Positions 38,907 to 51,863 are shown, counted from the first letter of the stretch. The stretch is 64,000 nt of DNA from Octopus sinensis (GCF_006345805.1 NC_042998.1:60884001-60948000), one strand, 5' to 3'. A program made the numbers and translations. Notes: generated by a model from the letters alone, not told the origin.

Positions 38907-39760
38907 TGTGGATGTATGTATGTATATATCGTATATATCTATATAGCAATATTGACAATAACCCTTGGGGATGGAATTTACAAACATTTAATGCATCGCT
39001 ACGAGCAGTTCCCCAAATCACGTTTCTTAAGATCACATTCCGTATTACCACACACACCTCCATCCTCATATAACTACCATTCGTTTCTCTGTTTACATTA
39101 CCTTCCCCTTCTCCCCACCAAATAGACACAGAAATACCCACACAACACAATCGACCTTCTCTGTGGTCAAATTGGATAAACGACCCTCTGTTAAACATCC
39201 ATTGATGTTATATCACCTGAAGAAATTGATCTAGGAAGATGATCTATCCAAAACCCCCGGATACTACGGACTACACTTTAATCATCCCATATAAAGGAGA
39301 TAGACAGACAGACAAATAGAGAGGGTAGTGAACAAAAATATATACATTTTTCGTGTGTATGGGTGTATACACATGTATGTATGGAGGGATGTTTGTAAAG
39401 CCAGGAAGAAAAACGGCGCGATCACGCTCAAGCTTCGATCATATGACGACAATAGTACCAACTATAAGGACGAATGCGCAGAAGGCAGTATGGTAATAAT
39501 AAAGATACGTTATGGTGAAAGTGCGGATAATTTTTGACTTCGCCTTATATGTGTGTGAGTGCGTTGGTGCAAACAGGAAACATAGGTGCCTGTGTGTTGG
39601 CACAAACAGGAAATACAGAACTCAAAATATGAGTATTTGTTTATTTTTCTTAATATTTAGCAGAAGTAACAGTAATTCAAGATCCGAGAGTTTCGTGCGT
39701 TAGCACCTTTTAAACCCCCTCTCTCTCTCTCTCTCTCTCTGTATATATATATATATATAT

Positions 39761-39925
39761 AAAATATTATTAGAGACAAAACCACTATTTTGCAAAACAA
39801 ACAAGGAAAGACTTAATCAATACATAAAATTTTAATAAATTGACTATTTATTAAAATTTTATGTATTGATTAAGTCTTTCCTTGTTTGTTTTGCAAAATA
39901 GTGGTTTTGTCTCTAATAATATTTT
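39761..39925. repeat. Perfect 80-bp inverted repeat with 5-nt spacer
   Basis: 39761-39840 is the exact reverse complement of 39846-39925; the spacer is TGACT. Confidence 0.97.
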
Positions 39926-40004
39926 TAATATTTTACTATAAAATCGATTTAATCCTAAATCTGATTTTTTTCCCTGTAAATTTGGATTTATTCCCTAATA
40001 TTTA

Positions 40005-40052
<48 letters not shown>

Positions 40053-40149
40053 TATATATATATATATGTGTTTGTGTGTGTGTGTGTACATACATACATA
40101 CATACATACATACATACATACATAATACATACATACAAATATATATATA

Positions 40150-40443
40150 TATCACTGTGATCACTGTGACCGACCAGGCTATCAGATGTTGTTACACATC
40201 GCTGGTCACAAAACGCTTCGCATTGTTTTAGCCTCCAAATGAAGCCACCCCGCTGGCTAGCGAGCAGGCCAACAGAAGAAAGAGTGAGAGAAAGTTGTGG
40301 CGAAAGAGTACAGCAGGGTTCGCCACCACCCTCTGCCGGAGATTCGTGGAGAGTTTGGTGTTTTCGCTCAATAAACACTTAAAACGCCCGGTCTAGGAAT
40401 CGAAACCGCGAGTCCGCTGCCCTAACCACTGGGCCATTGCGCC
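40150..40443 (-). mobile_element. tRNA-derived SINE family C
   Basis: Head ggcgcaaTGGCCCAGTGGttagggcagcggactcgcGGTTTCGATTCCtagacc (A and B boxes, shortened anticodon region). Confidence 0.75.
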
Positions 40444-40964
40444 ATATATATATGTATATATATATATATATATATTCATAAATTGAAATATGCTATCATT
40501 ATCTATAAAAATAATTCTAAAGTGACCAGCAAACATAATTCAAATTAGCAAAATATATAATAGAAAGTCAGAGTACAATATGTACCCATTTGCTTGAAAG
40601 AGGAGTTAAAACCCTCAGCCGATCAACTTGTAGCTTGCTTAGTGTCCTTTCGCTCTGGTCATATTTGCTCTAAATCTGCTAAATGCGAACTCATTTTATT
40701 CTATATGTTTGTAATTTGTATTGAGTGTAAATTGAAACAATTGTAGGCAATATTACTTAATAAATTAATTAATACCCATATTTTTAAGCCTGGTACTTAT
40801 TCTATTGGGCTCTTTCGCCGAGCTGCGAGGTTAATGGGACATAAACACCCCGACACCGGTTATCGAGCAGCAGTGCAGAACAAAGACACCCCTCCACATA
40901 CACACACGCATATATATATATATTTATAACAAAGTGAAGTTGTAAGGCACCGCACGAGTGGAAC

Positions 40965-41168
40965 TATATATGAAAGAAGGTTTGCAAATGCAATTTTAAA
41001 AGATGTTTATTCACTTGACCGGTTGTCACAAAATATTTTGTGACAAACAGTACCTAGCACAACAAAGCTTTTACATGTTACTTTTGACAATCTTTTTCTA
41101 AAAGAGTGAAACCGGTCAAGTGAATAAACATCTTTAAAATTGCATTTGCAAACATTCTTTCATATATA
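40965..41168. repeat. ~60-bp inverted arms around an ~85-bp spacer containing a 24-nt palindrome
   Basis: Arms 40965-41024 and 41110-41168; TTGTCACAAAATATTTTGTGACAA at 41023-41046. Confidence 0.9.
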
Positions 41169-41340
41169 TATATATATATATAATATAATATATATAAAAG
41201 ACAATAAATTCAAGTTAATTTAAAAAATTTACTTGAATATGGTACCTAACTTAGATGCACCAAAAAAAACTATACTGATTTAACAATACAGTAATGTGGG
41301 GTGATTATAAGCGAGAAAGAAGCAACAAGAATGGATAGGT

Positions 41341-41426
41341 TTTTAGTACGATCGTTTCATACAAGGACAGGTTTATTAAAGTTGCAAAGATTACAGCATA
41401 ACGAGTCCCGTACTCATCAGCTAAAA
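41341..41426 (-). ncRNA. Type I hammerhead ribozyme, intact core (sense to the PLE ORF, at its 3' end)
   Basis: TTTTAG-CTGATGA-GTACGGGAC...GTCCTTGTAT-GAAA-CGATCG-TA-CTAAAA; predicted cleavage after GUA (A at 41347). Confidence 0.88.
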
Positions 41427-44400
41427 TACATGTAAGTCTCTAGACATCCTAGTGTTTGAGAGGCTATACTCATGAAGTAATGTAGATAATTAAACAGATT
41501 TCTAAAGTTCATTAAAGTTCCTTAAAGATGATGTATAGTCTTATCACAGAATTTTAAAAAAGTTTTGATAGCATCACAGAGAAGGTGACCTAATCCATAT
41601 GAATTTCCATAGATATGATGAGGGATTATATACTCACAGAAGACAAATTTATCCATTGTTATTAGCATTACAGAGAGGGTGAATTAATCCTTTGTATATA
41701 TGCACAGAATCCAATGGTGTAGATGTAAATTTCCAGAGAAATGGAGATGAATTTCATATTCACAGGCGATAAATTTCACAATGGTTGAACACAATGAGGT
41801 AGGTACCAATCCTTGTTATATGATTAGGTGTTTGCCATATTAATCACTACTGCTATTCACAAGAGGCTGTAGCTATTTAACTCTTAAAGGTTGAAGGGCT
41901 TACTAGATCGGCCAAGAATAGAGAAGGGATAGAAGAAAAGAGAGAAAATAATGGAGGAGGGAGCAAAAAAGGGGGGGAAAGGGGGACTAAAAGAGAAGAG
42001 AAAAGGAAACAGAGAATAAGAAGAAGAAAAGAAGAAAGAGAAAAGAGAAAGAAATAGGGAAAGAAGGGAAAAAAAGAGAAAAAGAAAAAAGAGGGTTCTA
42101 GTTATACAGAAGAGCTAGTAGACTGTAAGTCTGGTTTTAATCAACAGGCATCTAGGAACTGAGGGGGAATATTATTCTTTGACCAGTAAACCGTTAATTA
42201 TTGCTGTTGAAATCAGCTATGAGTTTAAAGAGAATCTAAAGAATAACACAGTCAGGGTTAAGGGTCAGATGCTAAAATCACACCAGAAAATACATTAGAA
42301 AATCTACGTATAATCTTATCAAAAAGTCATTAAAAATTTACTTATTTAATTATTCATTTTATTGTCTTAAGGAGTTGTCGTTATTATTCATACATTGACC
42401 GACTACAGGTCAAATCTTATAAGATCATTTACAAGGTGTTAGGGGATTGTCTATCCTAATGAAGATAATATTATCACCGAGGGAATAGCCTTATTTATTT
42501 AATTATGAAATAGAATTATGGGGCTACAGTAACTAATTATAATTTATTAGAGTTATGCTATTTAAATTAGATTAAGTTAGGAATTAAAATTAAATATTAC
42601 AATTAAGATTTAAAATTAAGAATTTAAAAATTGCGAGTTTGAAATTAAATAAAGCCTCAATTAAGTAGCGAATAAGTACTATTCATTTCCCTGTTCTCAA
42701 AAAAATGATGTAGATATAAGGAAAAAGATAAAGATAACTGTAATGTGAGAACTCTTAGTTATCTACTTTAAGCAGTGCTATACTAGTAGAAATCAAGTTA
42801 TATCTATCTATCTAGTTATGAATATTCCAATCATTTAAAATATTTTAAAGTCTTCAATTAGCGTGGACACAAACTTGACCTAGTTCGATATGGTTATTCA
42901 ATAAGTTTCTATGTTTACTATGCTTTAGATTTCGTACGTCTCCATGGAGCATAGTTGACAACCAACCCTACTATTTTTATACGGAATTGCTCTCCTAACT
43001 ATTTCCCAATTAAGGGTATAATTTTTGTTATTATTTTTGAGTTCCCAGATTTTGTTTGAAAGTGTGGTGGTACCAGCTTTATGACGTAATTTAAAAGTCG
43101 AGATGTGATTTCTAACTCTGGCTAAAAAATTAATTGTACAGCCAATGTAAAAATTTGTTATTCTCCGTGGATATGGTACATTTATAGATTACATTATTTT
43201 CCCTACATAGACCAGGTGCCGGGCATTTTGATTTTATTCTACACTTACACACAGGAGGAACAACTTCAGGCCTTGGATTATTCCTGGGTAGATGTTTAAG
43301 GTTCCTATTATTTTGATTATCATTTCTATAGTTGGTACTGATATCTAAAGTATTGTTATTATTTATTGATCCTTCCGTTTCATCATTTAGGTGTAAAGTC
43401 CTACCAAGATTTCTTATATTATTCGTAATGTTATTATTATTGTTAGTCTTTTTATCCAACTGTATATTATTGTTATAGATATCACTGATATTTCATTCTC
43501 CTTATTTCTCCATTAGCCTTATTTCTATTATTTCTATTATTAACAATATTACTTCTATTAATATCGGCATTGTATTATTACTATTAATGTTAATTATTAG
43601 TCATTCTGTGGTTACTAATTTCACCTATGTTTTGATAGTTCCTATTGCTGTTTTTATTGTTGGTAGTATTATTTGTTATTGCTATTGGTATTCATTCTGA
43701 TATTATTATTTTTATTTCTATCTTTCCTGGCTAGTTTAATGTTGTATATTATTATTTTAGCTATTAAAGTGGACATATTTGGGAGGGTTGAATAAGAAAT
43801 CCTAACTGTTTTCCTAGAAAAATTCTATGATATCTATGAGAGATAGGGAAATTTTTTTCCAGAATTACTTTGAATTTGTTCTGTATATCCGATTGTATCG
43901 CACAGTTGAAAGGAATTCAGCCATAATATATCTTTTTTATAAAATTTAGGGTTCGTAGAATTACTACTATTCATCTCACCGGAGTTATTGTATTTATTAC
44001 CATTATTTTTATTTTTATTTTGTGTGCATCTTAGGTTTATCTACTTCAATCTTATCCGAGTTACCTATGTTCTGGTCAATGCTTCTATTGAATTGTTGGG
44101 CCTGTACTCTAGATTAGTATTTACCGTTAATTTAATTCTACTTTTATTTCGGGTTTGGTCTTTTTTGCTGCTTACTTGATTACTGATAACTTCATTATTA
44201 GGAATACGTGAGTTCTCCCTATCAACGAATGTAATCTTTTGGTTGTATCCAGCCTTAGTTAACGCCGCATTATAATGCTCAGAATGGGAGTTTAAATATA
44301 TCCTTATTGGATGATAATTTTGAAATTCTTAATGAAATATTTCTTACTAAAGATTCTATTATATTTGGGGGGATGATTTGATAATTTATTTACGTAATTC

Positions 44401-45780
44401 GTGATTTCGCCTTCCTTTCTAAATGGGTAATGTAGCTTGGAGTTAAGGTCTAGGGTAATTCTAGGAAATTAGCTATTTTAGTGCCCGGTTCATACGTTAT
44501 ACTGAGGTTGAAATCCTTAAAGAACTTATTAATTTTCTTTCTAATCCTTTCTATAACAGATTTATTATTACTAGGGATAACAAACAGAGCATCATCATCT
44601 CTATATAGACCCCCCTGTTTTCTGGGATATCCTTGCTTATGCATTTTAATAGATATGCGCCTACTAGGTTGGTTACCTCAGCCGAATCACTGGAACCCAT
44701 TGGTATATCAAAAAAATTTGGTGTATCTGCTCTAGTCCATAATTTATCTTCAAATTCAATAAATGTCTTCCTAGCTAGTAGCACAATACTGATTTCTTCT
44801 CTAGTTATGAGGGAGCGATTCATGGCAAATATTAGTGATTTTAATGACTTTTTGATAAGATTATACGTAGATTTTCCTAATGTATTTTCTGGTGATTTTA
44901 GCATCTGACCCCTTAACCCCTGACTGTGTTATCTCTTTAGATTCTCTTTAAACTCATAGCTGATTTCAACAGCAATAAATTAACGGTTTACTGGTCAAAG
45001 AATAATATTCCCCCTCCAGTTCCTAGATGCCTGTTGATTAAAACCAGACTTACAGTCTACTAGCTCTTCTGTATAACTAGAACCCTCTTTTTTTCTTTTT
45101 CTCTTTTTTTCTTCCTTTCCCTATTTCTTTCTCTTTTCTCTTTCTCTCTTTTCTCTTTTTCTCTTTCTTTTCTCTTCTTTTCTTCTTCTTATTCTCTTTT
45201 CCTTTTCTCTTCTCTTTTAGTCCCCCTTTCCCCCCTTTTTTGCTCCCTCCTCCATTATTTTCTCTCTTTTCTTCTATTCCCTTCTCTATTCTTGGCCGAT
45301 CTAGTAAGCCCTTCAACCTTAAGAGTTAAATAGCTACAGCCTCTTGTGAATAGCAGTAGTGTGATTAATATGGCAAACACCTAATCATATAACAAGGATT
45401 GGTACCTACCTCATTGTTTTCAACCATTGTGAAATTTATCGCCTGTGAATATGAATTCATCTCCATTTCTCTGGAAATTTACATCTACACCATTGGATTC
45501 TGTGCATATATACAAAGGATTAATTCACCCTCTCTGTAATGCTAATAACAATGGATAAATTTGTCTTCTGTGAGTATATAATCCCCTCATCATATCTATG
45601 GAAATTCATATGGATTAGGTCACCTTCTCTGTGATGCTATCAAAACTTTTTTAAAATTCTGTGATAAGACTATACATCATCTTTAATGAACTTTAATGAA
45701 CTTTAGAAATCTGTTTAATTATCTACATTACTTCATGAGTATAGCCTCAAACACTAGGATGTCTAGAGAACTTACATGTA

Positions 45781-45871
45781 TTTTAGCTGATGAGTACGGG
45801 ACTCGTTTATATGCTGTAATCTTTGCAACTTTTAATAAAACCTGTCCTTGTATGAAACGATCGTACTAAAA
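45781..45871 (+). ncRNA. Type I hammerhead ribozyme, intact core (inverted copy)
   Basis: Stem I 45781-86/45866-71, CTGATGA 45787-93, stem II 45794-802/45844-53, GAAA 45854-57, palindromic stem III ACGATCGT, cleavage triplet GUA (A at 45865). Confidence 0.88.
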
Positions 45872-45900
45872 ACCTATCCATTCTTGTTGCTTCTTTCTCG

Positions 45901-45942
<42 letters not shown>

Positions 45943-46350
45943 CATACATACATACATACATACATACATACATACATACATACATACATACGTACATACA
46001 TATTGTTGGCATCCTTTTTGTCTAGCGAGACAATTGAGTTGCGCATAAAATAATCTAGTCCAGCTTTTACATTTCATGTCCTAATACATCTGCTGTGGCT
46101 GTGTAGTCCTATCCTGGACAAACACTCCCCCTGGCAGGTGCCGCAAGTATAGCGAAGACTTTGCCTGGCTGGTTGTAATGTCATAGTTTCTTATATATAT
46201 ATAGGACGAGCTTTTTTCAGTTTACGCTTACTAGATCTACTTATATGTCTTTGGTCGGCCAGAGACTGTATTGGAAGACACTTGCGCAAGATGCCACACA
46301 GTGACATTCTCCCGGAACTATGTGGTTAGGAAGCAAAAGGCGTGTGTGCA

Positions 46351-46440
<90 letters not shown>

Positions 46441-46511
46441 ACGATATAACTATCTATCTTTCTAACTATCTATCTGTCTGTATGTACGTATGTATGTATG
46501 AATGATGGATG

Positions 46512-46586
<75 letters not shown>

Positions 46587-46932
46587 AATATATTCGATAG
46601 ATATACATATATTCAGCCAGACACAGATGGACAATCGAAGACAGACTGGCATAGCACACATGTTAGATACCTTCCACAGATGCGGCCAGATAGACTCTTG
46701 TCCATGCAGTTATCAAGTAATAACACTTTACATCTGTTGGGTAAGGGAGGATACCGGTGTAGACACAAGTAAAATGCGGAAGCTGTAGTGTGTTATGCCC
46801 TGAACTCCAGATTATGAGTTTCATGAAGGACAGTTGCTAAGGTGCGCATTGACTAGTGTGTCATCAATCTGTCTATTTGTGTGTGTGTATATAGCACGCA
46901 TATAATATACATATATAATATATATAATATAT

Positions 46933-46965
<33 letters not shown>

Positions 46966-47235
46966 CATATAAGAGACAGCAAACCCAACATAAAGTCAGA
47001 TAAGAAGAAAAAAAATCTATCAGAAAGGAACTCTATCTCTCTTAAAAAAATATCTTTTGATAAACATAGCAAATGCGCAACCGGTAAAAAGAACTTTCAC
47101 CTAATTAAATCACTTAAATTACTTAAATTATTTTGTCAGCATTTTCTTCATTTCCTTTTTTTATATATCACAACTCGTGTTCCACATCTCCTTTTTTAAA
47201 TATATATATATATATATATAATATATATATATATA

Positions 47236-48290
47236 TGGCCCTCTCAGACATGCCCTCAGCCACGCAGAGAGCCACGATCACAAGTTATGCAGATGATACA
47301 AAAGTTTCACAGGCAATACAGAACCCTGAGGACACTAAACACCTGCAATGTGAGCTGGACAAAATATACAAGTGGGCTGAAAAGAATAGCATGCGGTTCA
47401 ATGCTGAAAAGTTTCAAGCTCTATGCTATCAGCACGCAAAACTAAATGCAATACCCAATAAATACACTGGACCTGGAGGGACTGCAATCCCAGAGGCACA
47501 ATCAGTGCGAGACCTGGGTATTTACATGAGTGATGATGCAACCTTTCATGTGCATTTTGCTAAATTGGCAATGAAATGTAGGCGGCTGACCGGATGGATT
47601 CTTAGAACCTTCAGAACAAGAGACCAGGAAACCATGATGGTCCTCTGGAGGACACTTGTCCTAAGCCACTTTGACTATTGCTCTCAGCTATAGTCACCAT
47701 CCAGTGTCAAGTTAATCACAGAACTTGAGGCGATCCAACGAAGCTACAGGAAGAAGATAGCCTCTGTGCAGCATATAAGCTATTGGGAAAGACTCAAGAG
47801 ATTGAGACTCTATTCCTTAGAGCGTAGGCGAGAAAGATATGCCATAATATACATCTGGAAGATCCTTGAAGGACTTGTCCCAAACTTTGGCATCGAGAGT
47901 TACACAAATGCCAGAACTGGGCGCCACTGCATAGTGCCAAGGATTCCAAATTTGCCATCAAGATGTAGGACAAGATACTGTGATAGTCTGGGCTTCCGAG
48001 GCCCACAGCTCTTCAATATCCTCCCGAAGAACCTAAGAGACCTACATGGGGTGGATGCAGATGTCTTTAAAATGAAACTGGATCTCTTCTTGTCAGGTAT
48101 CCCAGATGAACCAACTTCACGGCAGGAGGTGCAGATGAGGGCAGCTGCATCGAACTCTCTCATGCACCAAATGGCAATTGCTAAAAAGCATTCGTGAAGT
48201 AAAATCATGTAGCAACACCAAATGGCGGTGCCCCAGCATGGCCACAGCTTGTGAGCTGAAACTAGATTAATAAATTAAAAAAAAAAAAAA
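47236..48290 (+). mobile_element. Young 5'-truncated CR1-like LINE (RT C-terminal half, 3' UTR, A-rich tail)
   Basis: SYADDTK, MRFNAEKF, VRDLGI, FDYCSQL*SP (single TGG>TAG stop), LYSLERRRER, otherwise in one frame to 48197. Tail ends aataaattaaaaaaa. Confidence 0.93.
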
Positions 48291-48440
48291 TATATATATA
48301 TATATATATACAGGCACACACACACATATATACATACTTACATACATACACACACACATATATATACACATTTACATGTATGTGTCTGTATATGTATATA
48401 CTTACATATATTAACAACCGCCTGTCCATCTATTTTATTG

Positions 48441-48475
<35 letters not shown>

Positions 48476-49360
48476 TTTGTGAATATTCTCTTCTGTTTTT
48501 AATTATTTGAAATCTTCCTATAAGAAAGAAGCTGGTTAATAACAAAGATACAAAACTTCGTCGTTGGAATATAGATAAAAAAAAACTCCACATTTTAAAC
48601 TTGAGGAATATACGTGTAAATAAAAATATTTACACGTATACTTGCATGTGGACGTGCGAATCTGTTTTTTACGGGTATGTACAAGTATTTGTATCTATAT
48701 TTCTCGTGTATTGTGTTGACGAAGGAAAAAGGCTTGTTTCACGGCTTTAATCTAGAAATTGGACACAATTTACAATTAACGTGAAGTCTATAAATATAGT
48801 TACCTCAGTTCGATCTGCACACGAACTCTCACTACTACCACTACCATCAGGGGACAAAAAGTTTCACTGTTAAATATTGGGTGGGCTCTGAGATTTCTGT
48901 TTTGAGAACTTCTTGTCGACTCAGTATCGATTATATCCATCCCAATCCTATTATGTTACTGTTGCTTATTTTATCGACCACCGTAAATACTGCAAGTCAT
49001 TTGGTTCGATCCTCTCAAGACGCCACAAGCCCCACCACACTCAGTGTGTTTATAATATAAACTAGAATTTCATATTATCTTTTAGCGCCCGTTTATTGAG
49101 TTTCAAATGAGATTATTGCTTTACATGTCCTTTTATAGCCGTGCCGTAAGATGGCATCTAGATATATCGATATGTTTTCTTGCTTTGATATCTCAAGTGT
49201 ATTAGCTTAATAATGTTATCTGCATATTACTAACGCGTACGAAAACGCGTCTACGGTGATAACGTAGGAGTTTCTGTTTGATTAGGATAGTGGTCGTGAA
49301 ATAACAAACCTTAAGATATTTTAGCACTTCAATTAATGACTATTTCCCAATCTCATTTTG

Positions 49361-49393
<33 letters not shown>

Positions 49394-49780
49394 ATTCTTT
49401 TATTCTCTTTAGATTGTTTCGCCGGACAAAATGCTTAGCGGCATTCTTCCAGCTTTACTCTTTGAGTTCATATTCCGCCGAGGTCGACATTACCTTCCAT
49501 CCTACAATTAGGAACCTGTTGGGATGCAGTTTTGAAGAGTTTACTGGATCAAAGACTTTTGCATGCCTGCTCCTACACACTTCGTCAAACTCACGCGCAC
49601 ACACACACACACATTCAGACGATACCGTCGGCAATGTTTTTACGGTGTTAAGATACAAATGACGATGCATAGTATTAAGTAATGAAAGAACTGAATACTG
49701 GTAGTAAAGTTAGTCAACCCATATATCTATATTTGTGTGTTCGTGAGTGTCAAATTTGTTTGTGTATGTGTGTGTGTACG

Positions 49781-49811
<31 letters not shown>

Positions 49812-49884
49812 ATATATATATATAATATATATATAATATATACATATATATATATATACATATGTATATGTATATACAGCATAC

Positions 49885-49976
<92 letters not shown>

Positions 49977-49987
49977 TATATAAATAC

Positions 49988-50047
<60 letters not shown>

Positions 50048-50050
<3 letters not shown>

Positions 50051-50965
50051 GAGGGAGTACCCAAAGGAATCGGAATTTTGCGATGCTATTTAATTCACTT
50101 AGTTTGACATGTTTACACTTTTATCGCCTTCACTTTTATTCTCCATTTGAAGCAATACATCGATCCAGATGCGTTTTCCACGATTCGAAGCAGTGCTGGA
50201 ACTCTTGCGAATGGATGCCTTTTAACCCGTCCGTGGTTTTGTTTTTCCTTCACCTCTTCTACATCTGCAAATTCCGTAACACCAGGTTTCAACATCAGTG
50301 ATGACCTTCGAAAAAAGATCCAGAACAATTTCCAACTGTTATTTCAGTTCACGACATGCATTTGGCTGTGACTGTTTTTCCTCTTCCGTGAGCAAGTGAG
50401 GCACACATTTTGCTGCAACTCTTTTTATTCCCATTTCCTCCCTCAAAATTCGTTGGCAGGAGCTCCAGGACATACCATTCATATCAAGTTCGTCACTTGT
50501 TCGTTGATTGTGCTCCAAGATCGATTCATGAATTTTCATAATGTTTTCATTCGTCTGGGAGGTCGACGGTCGCCCTGAACGAAGTTGGTCTTCAAACGAC
50601 AAGTGACCATTCCTAAAGCGTGAAAACCGCTCGTAAACTTGTATTTTACTCATGGCAGCGTCCTTGTAAGTTGTTTGTAACATAACAGCTGTTTCGGCCG
50701 ACATTTTCTCCAGCAGAATTTCACCACGGAAGCACGCTGTTCTTTCGATTCAGCCATCGCAACAATCAGGGGAGAGGCATTGCAACTGAGGGGAAGCATT
50801 GCAAAACGAAGACCCACCACGTGGCAGTACGATCTCACTCAACGATGCTGGTCCGTAAACTGATGCCTGAGGGTTGTATCAAGTGGCTTCTAGCGACAGA
50901 GGCTTGAACTACAACGGGCTTGTCCCACAGAGAAAATTTCCAGTTACTTTTAGGTACCATCTCGC

Positions 50966-50966
<1 letters not shown>
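50048..50966 (-). mobile_element. Internally deleted mariner element with degenerate TIRs in TA repeats
   Basis: TIRs cacgagggagtacccaaaggaatcggaattt and (reverse complement) tgcgagatggtacctaaaagtaactggaaattt. MAESKEQRASVVKFC, RSGRPST, RVAAKCVPHLL, KVITD are joined to the C-terminal CFESWK..DRCIASNGE. Confidence 0.88.
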
Positions 50967-50999
<33 letters not shown>

Positions 51000-51016
<17 letters not shown>

Positions 51017-51208
51017 TGTATGTATGTATGTATGTATGTATGTATGTATGTATGTATGTATGTATATATGTATGTATACTGACTACATCTATATTCTGAT
51101 ATTGTACTTGTCTCATTACTTTCTGTCCTTGTTTCCATATAATAACCAGGAATCGACACCACAATCTTACGATCATTAGTACAACATTCTAGCAACTAAA
51201 CCACGCAC

Positions 51209-51263
<55 letters not shown>

Positions 51264-51366
51264 CTCACATACGCTCATACACATGTACGTATGCGTATAT
51301 ATATATATACATACGTATGTGAATATGTGTGTATGTGTGTCTCAGTGTGTGTGTATGTATATATAG

Positions 51367-51404
<38 letters not shown>

Positions 51405-51687
51405 GAGTGAGAGAGAGAGGTGATGTGTGTAATTGTGTGTATATATACGTATTGAATGTGTCTATGTATGTATGTATGTATGTATGTATGATGTATGTAT
51501 GTATGTATGTATGTATGTATGTATGTATGTATGTATGTATGTATATATGTATGTATACTGACTACATCTATATTCTGATATTGTACTTGTCTCATTACTT
51601 TCTGTCCTTGTTTCCATATAATAACCAGGAATCGACACCACAATCTTACGATCATTAGTACAACATTCTAGCAACTAAACCACGCAC

Positions 51688-51760
<73 letters not shown>

Positions 51761-51863
51761 CTCACATACGCTCATACACATGTACGTATGCGTATATATA
51801 TATATACATACGTATGTGAATATGTGTGTATGTGTGTCTCAGTGTGTGTGTATGTATATATAG

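Larger units (their letters stand above)
41306..45906 (-). mobile_element. Penelope-like element: inverted terminal copy + 5'-truncated RT/GIY-YIG ORF + 3' terminal region
   Basis: 41306-42336 is a near-identical inverted copy of 44839-45906. The minus-strand ORF has FFDIPMGSSDSAEV, GLYRDD, LSNHPPNI and CKCRIKSKCP..GLCRENNVIYKC...FYIGCT (GIY-YIG), with many 1-nt frameshifts. Confidence 0.92.

Noticed and set aside
40385-40443. tRNA-like sequence with A and B boxes (also SINE A and B heads)
   Set aside because: There is no complete cloverleaf or anticodon arm, and it continues into a SINE body, so it is not a tRNA gene.
48609-48640. Perfect 14-bp hairpin TATACGTGTAAATA-aaaa-TATTTACACGTATA
   Set aside because: The structure is real, but there is no context linking it to an element or function. 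It is not a bacterial-type terminator in this eukaryotic DNA.
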